Assembly (NCBI GenBank): GCA_030704615.1
Contig: CM060733.1
Span: forward strand, 56,234,001-56,298,000
DNA length: 64,000 bases
Origin: Takakia lepidozioides
Taxonomy: Eukaryota > Plantae > Bryophyta
Direction of reading: 5' to 3'
Position numbers and translations under genes: made by a program. Below, in pieces: positions 37,311 to 50,400 of the stretch; within the stretch, counting starts at the first letter, position 1, and every line of letters begins with the position of its first letter. Below the pieces are notes generated by a model. It searched no databases and was not told where the DNA came from. It was given only the letters and a program-made list of their open reading frames with translations.

Positions 37311-38036
37311 TGTCGCGCACCTCACTTCGGTAAGCTCCCACCTCAAGTCATAGATACTCGCTTGATGCGCGCGCCTAACTCCCAACCTGGCCGCCGGGCC
37401 AACTTGGAGCTTCGGCTGCTCACCGGGACATAACGGTCCCCCCTTTGATCTCCCAAAGAACCCTCCAACGATTTGGAACCAGCGGAATTCCCTTTGGTAG
37501 TTGGCAGTCCGGAACAGCTCCCCACTCTTTGGTCGCTTTCCGGCTCGCTCGCTTACTCACTAGCTTTTGGTCACCAACGGGCTTGCACCGTCCTCGGGGT
37601 TACTACTCCCTATATATACTTCTGTAGCTGTCCGCGGGGGTTTCACAAACAACCATGCCATTTTATGGCGAACCACCACGAACACCCTCGACTCCCGGTG
37701 ATGAGTCGCGGTGAGTCTTGGCCCACCCACCACGGCCCCTATGGACCGTGATGAGTCCCAAGACTCCCCACGACTCCCACCACGAGGTCTCCGCCCCAGG
37801 GTGAGTCCTTTGCCACCCCCACTAAGTCCCGCTAAGCTACCACCACCCCTTGTGGAGCCACCCCCACCGCAACCCGGTGTGCGGGGCTCCACCTAGTGAG
37901 CGCCTCCGCCTCCTGGAGTGCCTTGGGCACAAAAGGGTGCTTCAGCCCCCCATACCTATCGCTGCCACTGCCCCCACCACAGGGGCAGCCCCTCTTGTGT
38001 CCCGACCCCTTGCCCTCAAGGCAAAGGGCCGCGACA
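37311..38036 (-). repeat. 3' LTR of element A
   Basis: Direct repeat of 57005-57720 with scattered substitutions and indels. Confidence 0.95.
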
Positions 38037-38943
38037 CACACCCCTACCAACAGGGAGTCGATGTCCTCATCGGCTTGTCCATTTTGTGGAAACAAACAGC
38101 CAAGTTGTGGCGTCCCACATCAAGGAGTTTGTTTCCATACCATGGCGTCCCATGGCAAAGAACCAAACCCCACACTTGACTCTACTCTCCACTAGCTAGT
38201 TCGGCCGACTTCCTCCAAGTCCCGGCCAAGGGTGGAGCCTCTCAAGCTCCTCCCAGTGCACTCTTCTTGGCCTACTTCAAGGCCAAGGAACGATCCTCCC
38301 CAAGGATCGAATCGCCTTACAGCAACAACATTGCTTGCGACCGCCCATGATGCCGCTTTTGGCATCACCTCGAGCAAGGGTTCACCTCAAACCCTCTTTG
38401 ACTAGGAAGGTAACCTTGAACCAACCGCGCGCCCCAATCACTACAATTGGGTCTGCTTTGGAATGCTGGCCTGAGGTACGGGAACACGCCAAAGCCGCAC
38501 TACGACTTCGTCCCGAGGCTACACGATTTATAGTACGTGAACGGAAGCGCGTAGCTTCCGCGTTTAGCCCGCACTACAAAGCAACCCCCTTGGTAGCGCA
38601 GTTATAGTATGCGCACGCGCCAGGTGCGCACTAGCACGTGAACTCCTAAAGAAGGCGCAAGTTTCCTTGCCCCTTGGATGGGAGTCACCCGATTTCGGCA
38701 CTACGCAAACACACGATTAACCCAATTTACCTCTCCCACTTTTGTAAGCTAGCAAGCATTCTACACACTAGCCAACACACCATGCATCACCATTCCAAAC
38801 AAAATAGGACGCACAACATTTGGAACCCATTTCCTTTATAACAAATTTTTGTACAATACAAGTTTTTGCAATCGGATTCCTAAGCTAGCTAAGCAGGGCT
38901 AAGCATGCATTTCCTCCCCCACGCTCCATGGTTGATGTCCCCA

Positions 38944-41900
38944 TCAACGCTTTTTCCGCTTTTGAGGTCGCTCTTCGAAAACTGCAACCGCCTCGGATGC
39001 GTTTCTCATTTCTGAGGCACGCACCCAAGATGCCTCCATATGATGATAGCCCTTCCATTTGACGAGATACTCCGTTTCTCGGTTTTTGAACCTCCTCGAC
39101 TTAAGTACTACCTCCACCTCGTACTCAGGTTCATTTTCATGATCCAACAGCAGAGGTGGCGGACGCAACACTTGATGCTGATTCGGACGCGCTTCATCTT
39201 TGAAGTAAGGCTTCAAAAGGGAGACGTGGAATACTGGATGCACCTTGCTGTTTGCCGGCAGCTCCAATTCATACACATCCTCATTCATAACCTTCCGGAT
39301 GCGTAAGGGTCCCGCATACAGGGGTACGAACTTTGGACTCACTTCCGGAGGTAGTCGGAAATTCTTGATGTTCAACCAGACCTCCGTGCCTGCCTCAAAC
39401 TTCACTTCACTCGCTTCCGATTCGCCTGCCTTTCATACCGTTTCCTAGCTTTGGCAATGTTGTACTTTGCGAGCTTCAACAAACGCTCGCGTTCTTCCAG
39501 TACCGCCGCTACTGCCGATTCCTCAACGTCCTAGGCGGCCCAACTTGTCGGCACAAGAGGTGCTTTTCCATAGACCAATACGAAAGGGGAAACTCCCGTT
39601 GCGGAGTGTTTTGTGTTATTATAACAGAACTCTGCCGCGTCTAAGTGTTCCACCCAGTCTATTTGGTCTGCCGACACGTAATTCCGCAAGATCTGCTTCA
39701 CTACGGAATTCACTCTTTCTGTTTGGCCGTCGGTCGTAGGTCGGAAGGCGGTGCTCATCTTCAGCCTCGTCCCCATCTTCTTCCAAAGTGCCCTCCAAAA
39801 TTTACTCGTAAACTTTGGATCGCGGTCCGAGACAATATCCTTTGGGACTCCATGATGCTTTAAGACGTGGGCGAAGTAAAGTCGCCCTGTTTCCTGCGCC
39901 GTTGCCGTCTCCTTGGTGGGGATGAAATGGCCCATTTTACTGAACCTATCCAACACCACCATGATTGCATCGAATCCTTTTGACAGCGGCATAGCAGTCA
40001 TGAAATCCATCGAGACGCTTTCCCAAGTCTCCTCTGGAATCGGCAAGGGTTGTAACAGCCCTGCTTGCTTTTTGTACTCGCTCCGGTTTTGTTGGCATGT
40101 GGTGCATGTCTTGACATACTCCTCTGCCTCCTCCCTCAGTTTGGGCCAGAAATACTCTTTCTTCAAGAGTGCCGCAGTGCGCTTGGCTCCGCCGTGGCCC
40201 GCAAGCGGGCTATCATGGCATTCTCTCAAGAGGCTATCTCTGATCCCTCCCTTCGGCACGTAGAGACGCTTTTGCTTATACCGGAGCAGTCCATTTTGCA
40301 AGTAGAACTGCGATTTAACCCCCATCCTCAAGTCTTGCATCACGGACTTTGCCAGCTCATCCTTCCGGCAAGCCTTCCGGATCTTCTATTTGGAGCGCTG
40401 TCTCGCCCCTGTACACCAACAAGAGCTACTGCTTTCTACTTAAGTCATCGGCCACCACGTTGTCCCGTCCCGGTTTGTACTGGATATCCACGTCGAACAC
40501 CGCCAAAGTATCTTGCCACCTAAGTTGTTTTGGGGACAACTTGGGCTGCGTGGCAAAATACTTCACCGTGACATTGTCCGTGAACACCTTCACTGGGTTG
40601 GAACCAACATAGTGGCGCCAAAGCTCAAGACAGTGCACTACCGCCTTCATCTCTTTCTCGTGCGTCGGCCACCGTCACTCCACTTCATTCAGTTTCTTAC
40701 TTTCGTAAGCCACTGGGCATCCATCTTGCATCAGTACACCCCCAATCGCGAAGTCCGACGCATCTGTATGAATCTCGAACGGACGAACGGACGATCGAAC
40801 TCTGGGATTTTCAAGACTAGAGCTTTCGCCATCCGCTGCTTCAATTCAGCAAAAGCTTGGCCACAAAAGGTGTTCCATGCCCAGACTTTGGATTTACACA
40901 GAAGGTCTGACAGCGGCCCCGCGATCTTGGCGAAATTTCTCACATACTTCCGGTAGTAGGAGGCGAGTCCTAGGAAGGATCGCACTCCCGGGACCGAAGT
41001 CGGAGGCTCCCAGTCCAAGATTGCCCTCACCTTCCTGTCATCCATTCTGATCCCATCCTGTGTAATCACATGCCCCAGGAACTCCACTTTTGTGACCCCG
41101 AATTTGCACTTTGAAGCTTTGGCATACAGCTTCCCTTCCCGCAATTTCTGGAACACCCTTTTGAGGTGCTCCAGGTGCTCCTCCTTTGTTTTCGAATACA
41201 CCAAGATGTCGTCGATGTACACGATCACAAAGTCATCCAACCACTCCTGGAAAAGGCTGTTCATCAACGTGCTAAAGGTCGCGGGAGCGTCGAAAAGGCA
41301 TAACCAAGAACCCATATGAACCATACCTTGTCTTGCACGCGGTCTTCTCCTCATCTCCTTCCGCCACTCGGATGATAGCCGGAGCGCAGATCGATCCGGC
41401 TGAAATACTTCGCTCCTGCCAACCGATCGAAAAGGTCGTCGATCCTTGGCAAAGGGTACCGGTTTTTTATAGTCACCTTATTCAAAGCCCTGTAATCGAC
41501 ACACATCCGCAGCATCCCATCCTTCTTGTCTGCGAATAGCACCGGGGCTCCGTAAGGTGACTTACTCGGTCGGATGTACCCCTTTGACATTAGATCTTTG
41601 AGCTGAGTCTTCAGCTCAAACAACTCTCTGTGGCTCAACCGGTAGGGCGCCTTGGCAGGCGGTTCCGATCCCGGTATCACCTCAATCTTGTGGTCAACTC
41701 CTCTTCGCGGTGGCAAGCCGCTTGGTAAATCCTCCGGCATCACATCCTGGTATTTCTCCAAAATCCCCTTGATCCAATCTGGGCTCGGCTCCCCATCGCC
41801 TTCTCCCTTCACTTCTCTAATATAGAGCAAAAACTGGGGCTCGTGTGCCTCCTCCACGGCCCACTCCCTTGCTGACATGAGGTTTATTCGCCCTCCCATG

Positions 41901-42404
41901 GGTTTGGGCGTTTCTGACACTCGTAAGACCTCGCCACCATTCCCACATGGCAGCGTGACTACTCTCTTGCGGCCATCTATGACCGCTCCGGATTTGCTCA
42001 AAAAGGTCATCCCCAAAATGAGATCCACTCCATCGATCTCGCAGATGGTGAAGTTCTCACGTCCCTCCCAACTCCCCAGTTGAAGAGGAACATCAAACGC
42101 CAACCTTGTCCCCAATTGCGGTTCTCCTTTGGCAGAACGCACCTCAATAGAGGCCCCCACGTCACTTGTCGGGAGTCCCAGCTTTTGTGCCGTTGCCGGT
42201 GTCATGAAGGAGTGCGACGCTCCTATGTCCACCAACAACGACACATTAGTTCCGGATATTATCCCATCCACGAACAATAACTGACTCCCTTTACGTAAGG
42301 CGCCAGTTTCCTGATACAACTCACAAGAAAATTTGCCTGACTTGCAAGTCCTGGCGACCACCGCTTCCACCAAGCGACTGATGGTATCTTCCGACAGCTC
42401 TGTG
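38944..42404 (-). pseudogene. Element A pol (protease, RT, RNase H, integrase, chromodomain), frameshifted
   Basis: [10 protein letters not shown]; [12 protein letters not shown]; VYIDDILVYS; HDSPLAGH..CTTCQ; SMDF; SDRD; DGQTERVN; YEVEVVLKSRR...YLVKWKGY...SW. Confidence 0.93.
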
Positions 42405-42409
42405 GTCAC

Positions 42410-43391
42410 TGTCGCGCGGCTTTTACTCACCCATCCCTTCGCTATCCGAGGCGGAAACTCCAAGATAGAAGAGTTGGAAATCTCTAAGTACTCAGCCCGC
42501 GCAGAACAATCAGTCATGACCTACAGCTAGTGTATCATGGGGGTGTTTCCTATTTGTTTCCTTTTCCGCATTCATCTTTGCTACCTTACCATTGATAATT
42601 AAGTATCAGTTTGCTTCATCAATTTATCGGTTTCCTTAACTCCTCCATTCAATCCACAGCTTCACTCAGATCTCTCTACACAGTGTGATTGTATCGTATA
42701 AGTATCAGATTATGATTTATCAGGTATCAGGCCGAATCCATTATGTCTCTAATCTACTCTACAATATCACTCTAGCTTTGCATATGACAAGCTTCTACTA
42801 ATCCTCTTTTCTCCTTCATCGTGCTCTCCGATCTCCGCTCCCGCCTGTCTCCGAAGTCCTCCCCGAATAATCCCCCCTTCCTATTCCCCGTTCTTCCCTT
42901 TATCCTCCTATCCGCGGTTCTAACCGTTTCCCTCTCTAACCGTCGTATGTGAACTAACATGTTCCCTTCACTGGTGTTGTTCCCCACAGTCGTTCCCTGT
43001 CCTACTCTTCGTTCCCTATTATCGTGACAGCTGTGTCAAGCGGTGACTGGCTGTGTTTGGCTGTGTCGGGCTGTGACTGGCTGTGTGGGCTGTGTCTGCT
43101 GTGACGACTGTGACGGGCTGTGTGGGCTGTGTGGGCTGTGACGACTGTGACGGGCTGTGTTGGCTGTGTGGGCTGTGACGGCTGTGTGGGCTGTGTGGGC
43201 TGTGACGACTGTGACGGGCTGTGTTGGCTGTGTGGGCTGTGACTGCTGTGTCGGCTGTGTGGGCTATGTAACCCCCTTCTACAGTGCGCTGCTGTCACCC
43301 CTAAGGTTCCTGTTTGTCTCAGTCTGTGCAAAATTTAAGGGTACCCTACAGATCCCGTATAAGTGTCTAAGTCCCCTACAGTCCTCTAACA
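42410..43391 (-). repeat. 3' LTR of element B (982 bp), containing a GCTGTG motif array at about 43025-43265
   Basis: By eye it differs from 54871-55853 by only one G indel and one C/T substitution. Confidence 0.97.
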
Positions 43392-43429
43392 TTACCCCTT
43401 CCCCCTTCAAAAAGCCGTGTCCTCACGGT

Positions 43430-46400
43430 TTACTGTTTCCGAGTAGCAACCCTTTGTGAGTGAGCACCTTGTTGACGTTGAGAGTTTCGTGGTGGGCTGT
43501 GTGTACGAGCCCGAGGTCTGTCTCTGGTTGATGGAGATGGTTGATCACTACCTGGATAAGTGAGGCCTTCTGGAGGTTGATATCGAGGTAATCTTTCCGG
43601 CATAGGAGATCCCCTTTGTTTCTTCTCTTCCATCTGAATTGCATAGTCTTCTCCCATGTCAAAAGAATTTTGTGAAGAAACAGTTGTATCAGAATCCTCA
43701 TCGCCTCTCAGGTGTTTTAATTTTCGAACTTTTTGTGGAATCATCTGGGGCATACAATGCTGTCCTACCATGTCTGGAAGTTTGCATTTTACAACTTGGT
43801 GTAACCGTTGAACAGCAAAATTGGTGTAGACACTGAGCTCCTTGTCTGTCCAGATGAGTGGGGTACCAATTACTGGTGCCGCGTGTAAGTATTTCCATGC
43901 GATATGTCCCTTATAGAAAATGTCATCAAGTCCGAATTTCTGTGTTGACAAATTGTTGCAGGCTGCTTGAAACCATGAACGAATTTGAGAATCCTTTTGT
44001 ATCATAACTTTTGGGTCATATAGGTACATATGAGGTGGCACCGAAGGTAATACCCAATGATCTCCACTGGAGTAACTTTGAAAGCGTGCTTGCATCTTTT
44101 GTTGCTCTATGTGGTAACGTATCAGAAAACAAGCAGCGTAGTATAGCCCGCACCCCATGACAATACTTGCTATCTCCTTGGTCTTGGTATAAATGAGTCC
44201 ATGTACAACCTGGAAAGCAACCAATTCCCTCAACATGGTACCTGCCTCGTGCCAGTATTGTGCAAAGTGATGATCTTCAATATGTCGATTGTTTGGAAGA
44301 ACTTTAGTCCTGGTTGCCACTGGCAGCCAGATACGCATGATTTGGTAGTAATGTGCGAATGACTGCGGAGGACTAAATTCTTTCCAAGCCAAATCCAACA
44401 TGATGGGAATTTGGTTGAAGGGCATAATCATAGCCCTACTGTACTCCCTGGCAGCTGGAGTTTTAGGTGGGTTAAAAGCTGCATTGCCCCATACCTCCGG
44501 CTGTGGTGGCTGTGGTGTGGTTGTAGTAACCACAGGTTCAGCTACTGGTACACTGACCTGTTGTGGTGGTGGTGGTACTGGTTCCTGTACCATTGGCATC
44601 TCCTGCACCTCCTGTGAAGACTGAAAAGCCAGAGTTCTGGCTTGCAAATAAGAAGCCATTAGCTGTTCCTGAGGGATATAGACTCTTTGGTCGATGTTTG
44701 AAGTGAGGTCTTCCACTTGAGTCTGGAGTCCGTCTACATCCTCTTGTAACTCTGCTATCCTACTATAGACATTGTCTATAGTAGTTGTGGCAATGTTCTG
44801 CACCTGCAGTCTGAGCTCATTCATCTCGCTTTGGGTGAGCTTCCGTGGGCTTTTGCCCTCTACTGGCCCTTGTGCTAACCAGACCTGCATAAGGCTGTTA
44901 TCCACCAAGCTGCTTGTGGTTCCCCTGAGAGTTTGCTCCTCTCTTAGCTTATACAATTCCAACTGCTGTTGTAAAGCCTTCATGCGCTTCGCCTGTGGCT
45001 CAACCAATTGCGCATAGGCAGCAAGTAGATTATTGGCTTCTTTCGAAGCCTTGTTACTGACCGCGATTTCATTTCTATTGGCCACGATGGTTTGTTGCAA
45101 CTCCACGATGTATTTCTCATTCTCAGCTTCCATCTGCCTGTATTGCTTGAAAGTATCTTCATTGCGACAGATTGTATTCTTCATATCGACAATGAGCTTC
45201 ATGTGCTCCACATTCTCTTCTTCTGCCTTCGTACATTTTTCCGCTTGACTGTTTATTTCTTTTGTTGATTGGTCAAGCATAGTTGTAAATGTAGCGCATT
45301 GTATCTCCATCCTGTTATGCACTGTCTGCAACTCCGTATGTAGTGCATTCAGTTCTTGCAACTTGCTTTCATGCTGCACCTGCATTTGGTATAGCTGTTG
45401 CTTATGTGCTTCGTGCAACTGGTCTTGCGCAAGGCCTGCCTCAATCAATTGTTGCTTGGCCAATTGCAAAGCCATTTCTGTATTGGCCAAGTCCTGCTTC
45501 ATCTTGAGAGTGACCTCTTCATCGACCTTGTTTGAACACTCAGTGGCAAGTCGAGCCTCAAACTCCTTCCTGAGTTCTTCTTTCAAGGCTGTCAATTGGG
45601 TAATTGGAACATGGGTTTTGACATAAGTCCCCAACAAATTAAGTGTCCTGCCTATGGAATTCATCAGCATTGCCTGTTGAGGGTCATCATGGTGAGGTTG
45701 CTGCTGTTCCTCCCGATCTTCAACAGTATGATGTCTCACTAACCATTCAGACCATTGTCCCACCGGATTTTCTTCCTGAACTACTTCATTTATGACCGGT
45801 GCTACAGTGTCATGGCCTTCCGCCTGTGGTACCTCCGACACAGGTGTGTGCATTATATGTACCTCAGGATTTTTCTTGGGCAACTGTTGCACCTCTGGGA
45901 TTTCTGTCTGCTTGACCAGACCAGAATATTCATAGAGAAGGTCCCCTTTCTCTATTTCCGCCACTATCTGTTCTGTAGTTGGAATATCTATCCCTTCACT
46001 TTCCAAATCTATTATTTCGGGTTGAGCTGCATGGATAACTTGTGACCTTGTGACAAGTCGTTCAAGTGGCTGTGTTGGTTGTGATGCAGAAGTAACTTCT
46101 TCCTCCCTCTCTGAAGGTCCTGCTTCCAGTAATAACATTCTTTTGTGCTGCTGTGCCCCTCCCTGGTCATGAGCTTGGGAAACATTATCATGCGGAATCC
46201 GTGAAGCCAGTGGATCCGCCACTACAGTCTTTCCCCTTCTCTGCCTCTTAGTCTCGGGTTGTGCTGCTAGTCCACCCTCACTGTGTGAAGAGCCTTGCTC
46301 TTCCATTGCAGTTGTTTCTGGCTCAAACACTCCCATTTCCTTCCTTTCTTGTGCATTAAGTATGCCAGAACTAAGGATTATTTGAGCAATGATTGGGCCA

Positions 46401-47196
46401 GACACTATGATAGGAGATTTTGCGGTAGTACCTTGTAATCTTTTCATCTCCTCTACCAGTGCGTTGTACATTATGTCCGCCCATGGTACCTCTTGTCCCT
46501 TCAAGCCTTTGAGGATTTCCTCTGTGAAGGATCTGCTCAAATATTGTTGGTTCTGTTTCAGGGCAATCAGAACGTTCAATACTTGGCCTATGTCTTTTAA
46601 CCCTGGGTACACAGCTTTGGTACAAGCATAACCCTGAGTTTTAAAGAAACTCCCTTCTTGGAATAAATCCCCTATTTGCAGTCTTTCTCTGTGTTCCTCC
46701 ACATACACATGACCTTCTGGCAATCGAAACAATTGCTGGAGGTATAGGGGAGTAATCATTAATTCAACTCCCTTCACCGTTGTTGTTCCTGTCTTTGGCT
46801 CAAAGTTCTGCAAAAATTGTAACATGTACTGTCTATGGTGTAGTGTCCAATCCATGCTTTGCAATCCTTCCAATCTCAGCTCCTTCAGTATCTTTATCGC
46901 CTGTGGGGTAGCCATCGTTTGTTTTGCAGAATTGTGGTGCTCTTCACCCTGATTTCCTCCATTCCTCTCACTCTCTTCATCTTAGACTCACAGAACTGCT
47001 TTGGCTGTAACAACTGCAGGAATGCCTGTAGTGCACAAAGCAGAAACGTATGGTTGCCGCAGAAAGCTATGGGTAATCTCTTGTAAGCCTGCGGGGCTTG
47101 CAAGCATTGTTCAAGAGAAAAGCTCTGCTCTTTCGTTTCGTGTCTCCGCCATTGCGTAAGTAATATTGCGAGCGTATAGTCTGTTAGTTCCTTCAT
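43430..47196 (-). CDS. Element B 3' extra ORF of unknown function, about 1255 aa if the 1-nt frameshift near 46925 is corrected (1161 aa from 46915 as given)
   Basis: Long uninterrupted ORF: N-terminal globular domain, acidic linker, about 300 aa of coiled coil, aromatic-rich C-terminal domain and Arg/Ser-rich tail. Homologous throughout to the decayed B' copy. Confidence 0.85.
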
Positions 47197-47474
47197 AGTT
47201 TCCAAGTTATAGCATTTATGGCCTGTCCTGTCGAGACGCCCGTTACTCAGAACGACGCCGCCTCTTGCGCTTAATTTCCCTCCATTTTCTTGATCATTTC
47301 TCTGGTTTTCTATTGGCTGTATCAGCTGTGACTGGATTTTAACTTTTATCTTCTTTAGTGGACTTTCCCTGTTGGATAGTCCACTAGGATCACACATGCG
47401 ACATGAATTCAGTTTTTCTGTACTTGCCGTTCGTTCTGTTTCCCTTTTTCCGTATTCATTAATGGGCCCGCCTT

Positions 47475-50400
47475 TCATCCCTTTTGACGGCCGTTCAGTC
47501 CTCTTTCTTTTTGACACCTGTCCTTGCACTTCATTCTCTGCTGTGTGTCGCACCCTGACCTCCACGTGTCTATTTTTAAATTAATTTCCGTTTCTTCTTT
47601 ATTCAGCCATTTTCCTGAAGTTTTTATGTGTCCACTTGTCACTGATTCTATGGATCGTGTAACTTTAGTAGGCTGTGTTGAGCTGTGACAGGCTGTGTCA
47701 TACTGTGTTACGCTGTGATAGGCTGTGTTGCACTGTGGTAAGCTGTGATAGGCTGTGACACGCTGCGGTAGGTTGTGATAGGCTGTGTCACGTCGTGACG
47801 GGCTGTGATAGGCTGTGTCACGCCGTGCCGGACTGTGATAGGCTGTGTTGCGCCTTGCTGGGCTGTGATAGGCTGTGTCACGCCGTGCTGGGCTGTGATA
47901 GGCTGTGTCACGCCGTGCTGGGCTGTGATAGGCTGTGTTGCGCCTTGCTGGGCTGTGATAGGCTGTGTCATGCCGTGATGGGCTGTGATAGGCTGTGTTG
48001 CGCCTTGCTGGGCTGTGATAGGCTGTGTCATGCCGTGATGGGCTGTGATAGGCTGTGTCACGCCGTGATGGGCTGTGATAGGCTGTATCACGCCGTGATG
48101 GGCTGTGATAGGCTGTGTCACGTTTGTTTTGCCCACCCCGGTCATATATACTGGGCCTAGCGACAAGTGTTCCATACTCTGTTCGTAACACTGGTGCAGC
48201 CCGTGACTGCTCTTGCGGTTCAACATGCAAATCATGCTGCAGGGGTTTGTCATGGATACCACTGTACCCCTTCAACTTATTTGCATTGACTCTTCCCAGC
48301 ATTTCTTTGTTAATGGTTTGTAACATGGCTGTGTTGTTATCATACATCTTTTGTATGACATAAGGTCCTTTCCATGGTGATTTAAGCTTAGAAGCTTGAA
48401 TCTTTCCTTTCTTCTGCAACCATAGAACCAAATCCCCCGTCTTAAAAGTCTTTAATTTGCCTTCATCAAACTGTTCCTTTCGCTTCATCTGAATTCTGGT
48501 CATATTATCCGCTGCATCAGCACGTACTTCTTCCACATGGTATAATTCATGTTTCCTGACCTTGATGGAGTCTTGCAATTCCATTCTTTTTCCCCACTCC
48601 GTTCTCATGGTAGGTAACAGGAATTCCACTGGAAGTAAGGCTTCCATACCATAAACTAATTGGAATGGTGTATACTTTGTGGTGACTTTATACGAAGTCC
48701 TGTATGACCATAAAGCTGTCAGCAGCTTTGTATCCCAATCCGTTCTGTTTGCATTGACTATCTTAGCCAAGATAGTACATAGTATTTTGTTGGTAGCCTC
48801 TGCCTGTCCATTACCCTGTGGGTAATATGTTGTACTCTTTCTATGCACAATCATAAACTCTTTAGTCAATAACTCAATGGTCTCATTCATGAAGTGACTT
48901 CCTTGATCACTGATAAATTCTAAGGGACATCCAAATCGTGTAAGTATGTTCTCGTACAGGAACCTTGCTGTGGACTTGGCTGTGTTGTCCCTCAAAGCTT
49001 TAGCTTCCACCCACTTTGTAGTATAATCAGTGGCTGTAATTATGTACCTGTTTTGTGTATTCTTGGATGGTGGATTAATTGGTCCAACAAAGTCTAGTCC
49101 CCATTTCTGAAATGGTTCCGTAGGCATTGTAGGATGCAAGGCCATTCTTCCAGATCTCTGCAAAGGTCCTAGCCTCTGACATTCATCACACTTCTGACAA
49201 TACTCATGTACATCTTTGAACAAAGTAGGCCACCAGTATCCTGCGAGTAGTATCTTTCTACTGGTAGTCTCTTCTCCAAAATGACCTCCAGCCACTCCTT
49301 TATGAACTTCCTCCAAGACTTTATTTACTTCATGGTGGTACAAGCATCGTTTTAGTACTCCATCAGGTCCTAACTTATACATTCTGCTTCCTACCATAGT
49401 ATAAGGTAAAGCTCTGATAGCAATTCTCTTCCTCTGCTCCTTACCATAACTAGGTGGGCACTGACCATGAGCAAGGTAGTATCTGATTGGCCACTGCCAA
49501 TCTAACCATTCATCTGCACTTCCTTGCACCTCCATTACAAATAAACTCGCATCAGGTAACTGATCGTCCACTCCTGTGGCGGCCTCTCCTGTTGTTAGTC
49601 GTGACAAATGATCTGCCACAAGATGCAAACGGCCAGGCTTGTAAATAACCTCGAACTCAAACTCATGCAAGATTATTAACCACCTCGCTATCCTTCCACT
49701 TATCAAAGGTTTGTTCACCAGATATATCAGAGCCTGGTGATCCACATAAAACATAAACTTTCTTCCCAATAGGTAATGCCTGAATTTCTTCACTGCATAG
49801 ATCATTGCCAATGCTTCTCTTTCCGTTGTGCTATAGTTCCTCTCAGCACTGTTCATCAACCGGCTAGCATAGTACACAGGTGAATCTATATTCCCTGTAA
49901 CATTCTGGGCTAACACCGCTCCCAACGCTTCTCCTGATGCATCGCAGTGAACATGAAATACTACATGCCAGTGAGGGTTAATCAGCACAGGTGTAGTTGT
50001 TACTGACAGTGTAAGTTCCTCAAACGCCTGTTGACATTCAGCTGTCCATGCAAACACTGCATCTTTCTTCAGAAGCTTGCTCAATGGTGCTGCTATTTGT
50101 GCATACCTTTTGACAAATCTTCTGTAATAACTGGTTTGCCCAAGGAATCTCCTTAAACTCTTAACATTCACTGGTGGTGGAGAGACTTTAATGGACTCTG
50201 TCTTCCTGGGATCCACAAGGAGTCCCTTCTTACACACAATGTGTCCCAGAAGCACCCCTGAGTTCACACAGAAAGTACACTTCTCTGGTTCAAGCCCAGA
50301 CCTCTCATCCTGCATCTGGCCAGGCATAACTCCAATTTATGCAAGTGCTCATTCTTAGAGCTGTACACACTGAAATCATCCAAAAACACCTGCATGAAAT

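Noticed and set aside
41351-42517. 388-aa ORF as a distinct gene
   Set aside because: Chance in-frame fusion of the element B LTR ATG leader to element A protease-RT, created by the insertion.
43002-43459. His/Ser/Gln-rich ORFs in the B LTRs (also 55497-56017 and 35866-36253)
   Set aside because: Translations of the CACAG arrays; frame and peptide are not conserved between B and B'.
50264-50327. Programmed ribosomal frameshift between the 1305-aa and 950-aa ORFs
   Set aside because: The break falls inside RT, not at the gag/pol boundary, has no slippery heptamer and is fixed by one base.
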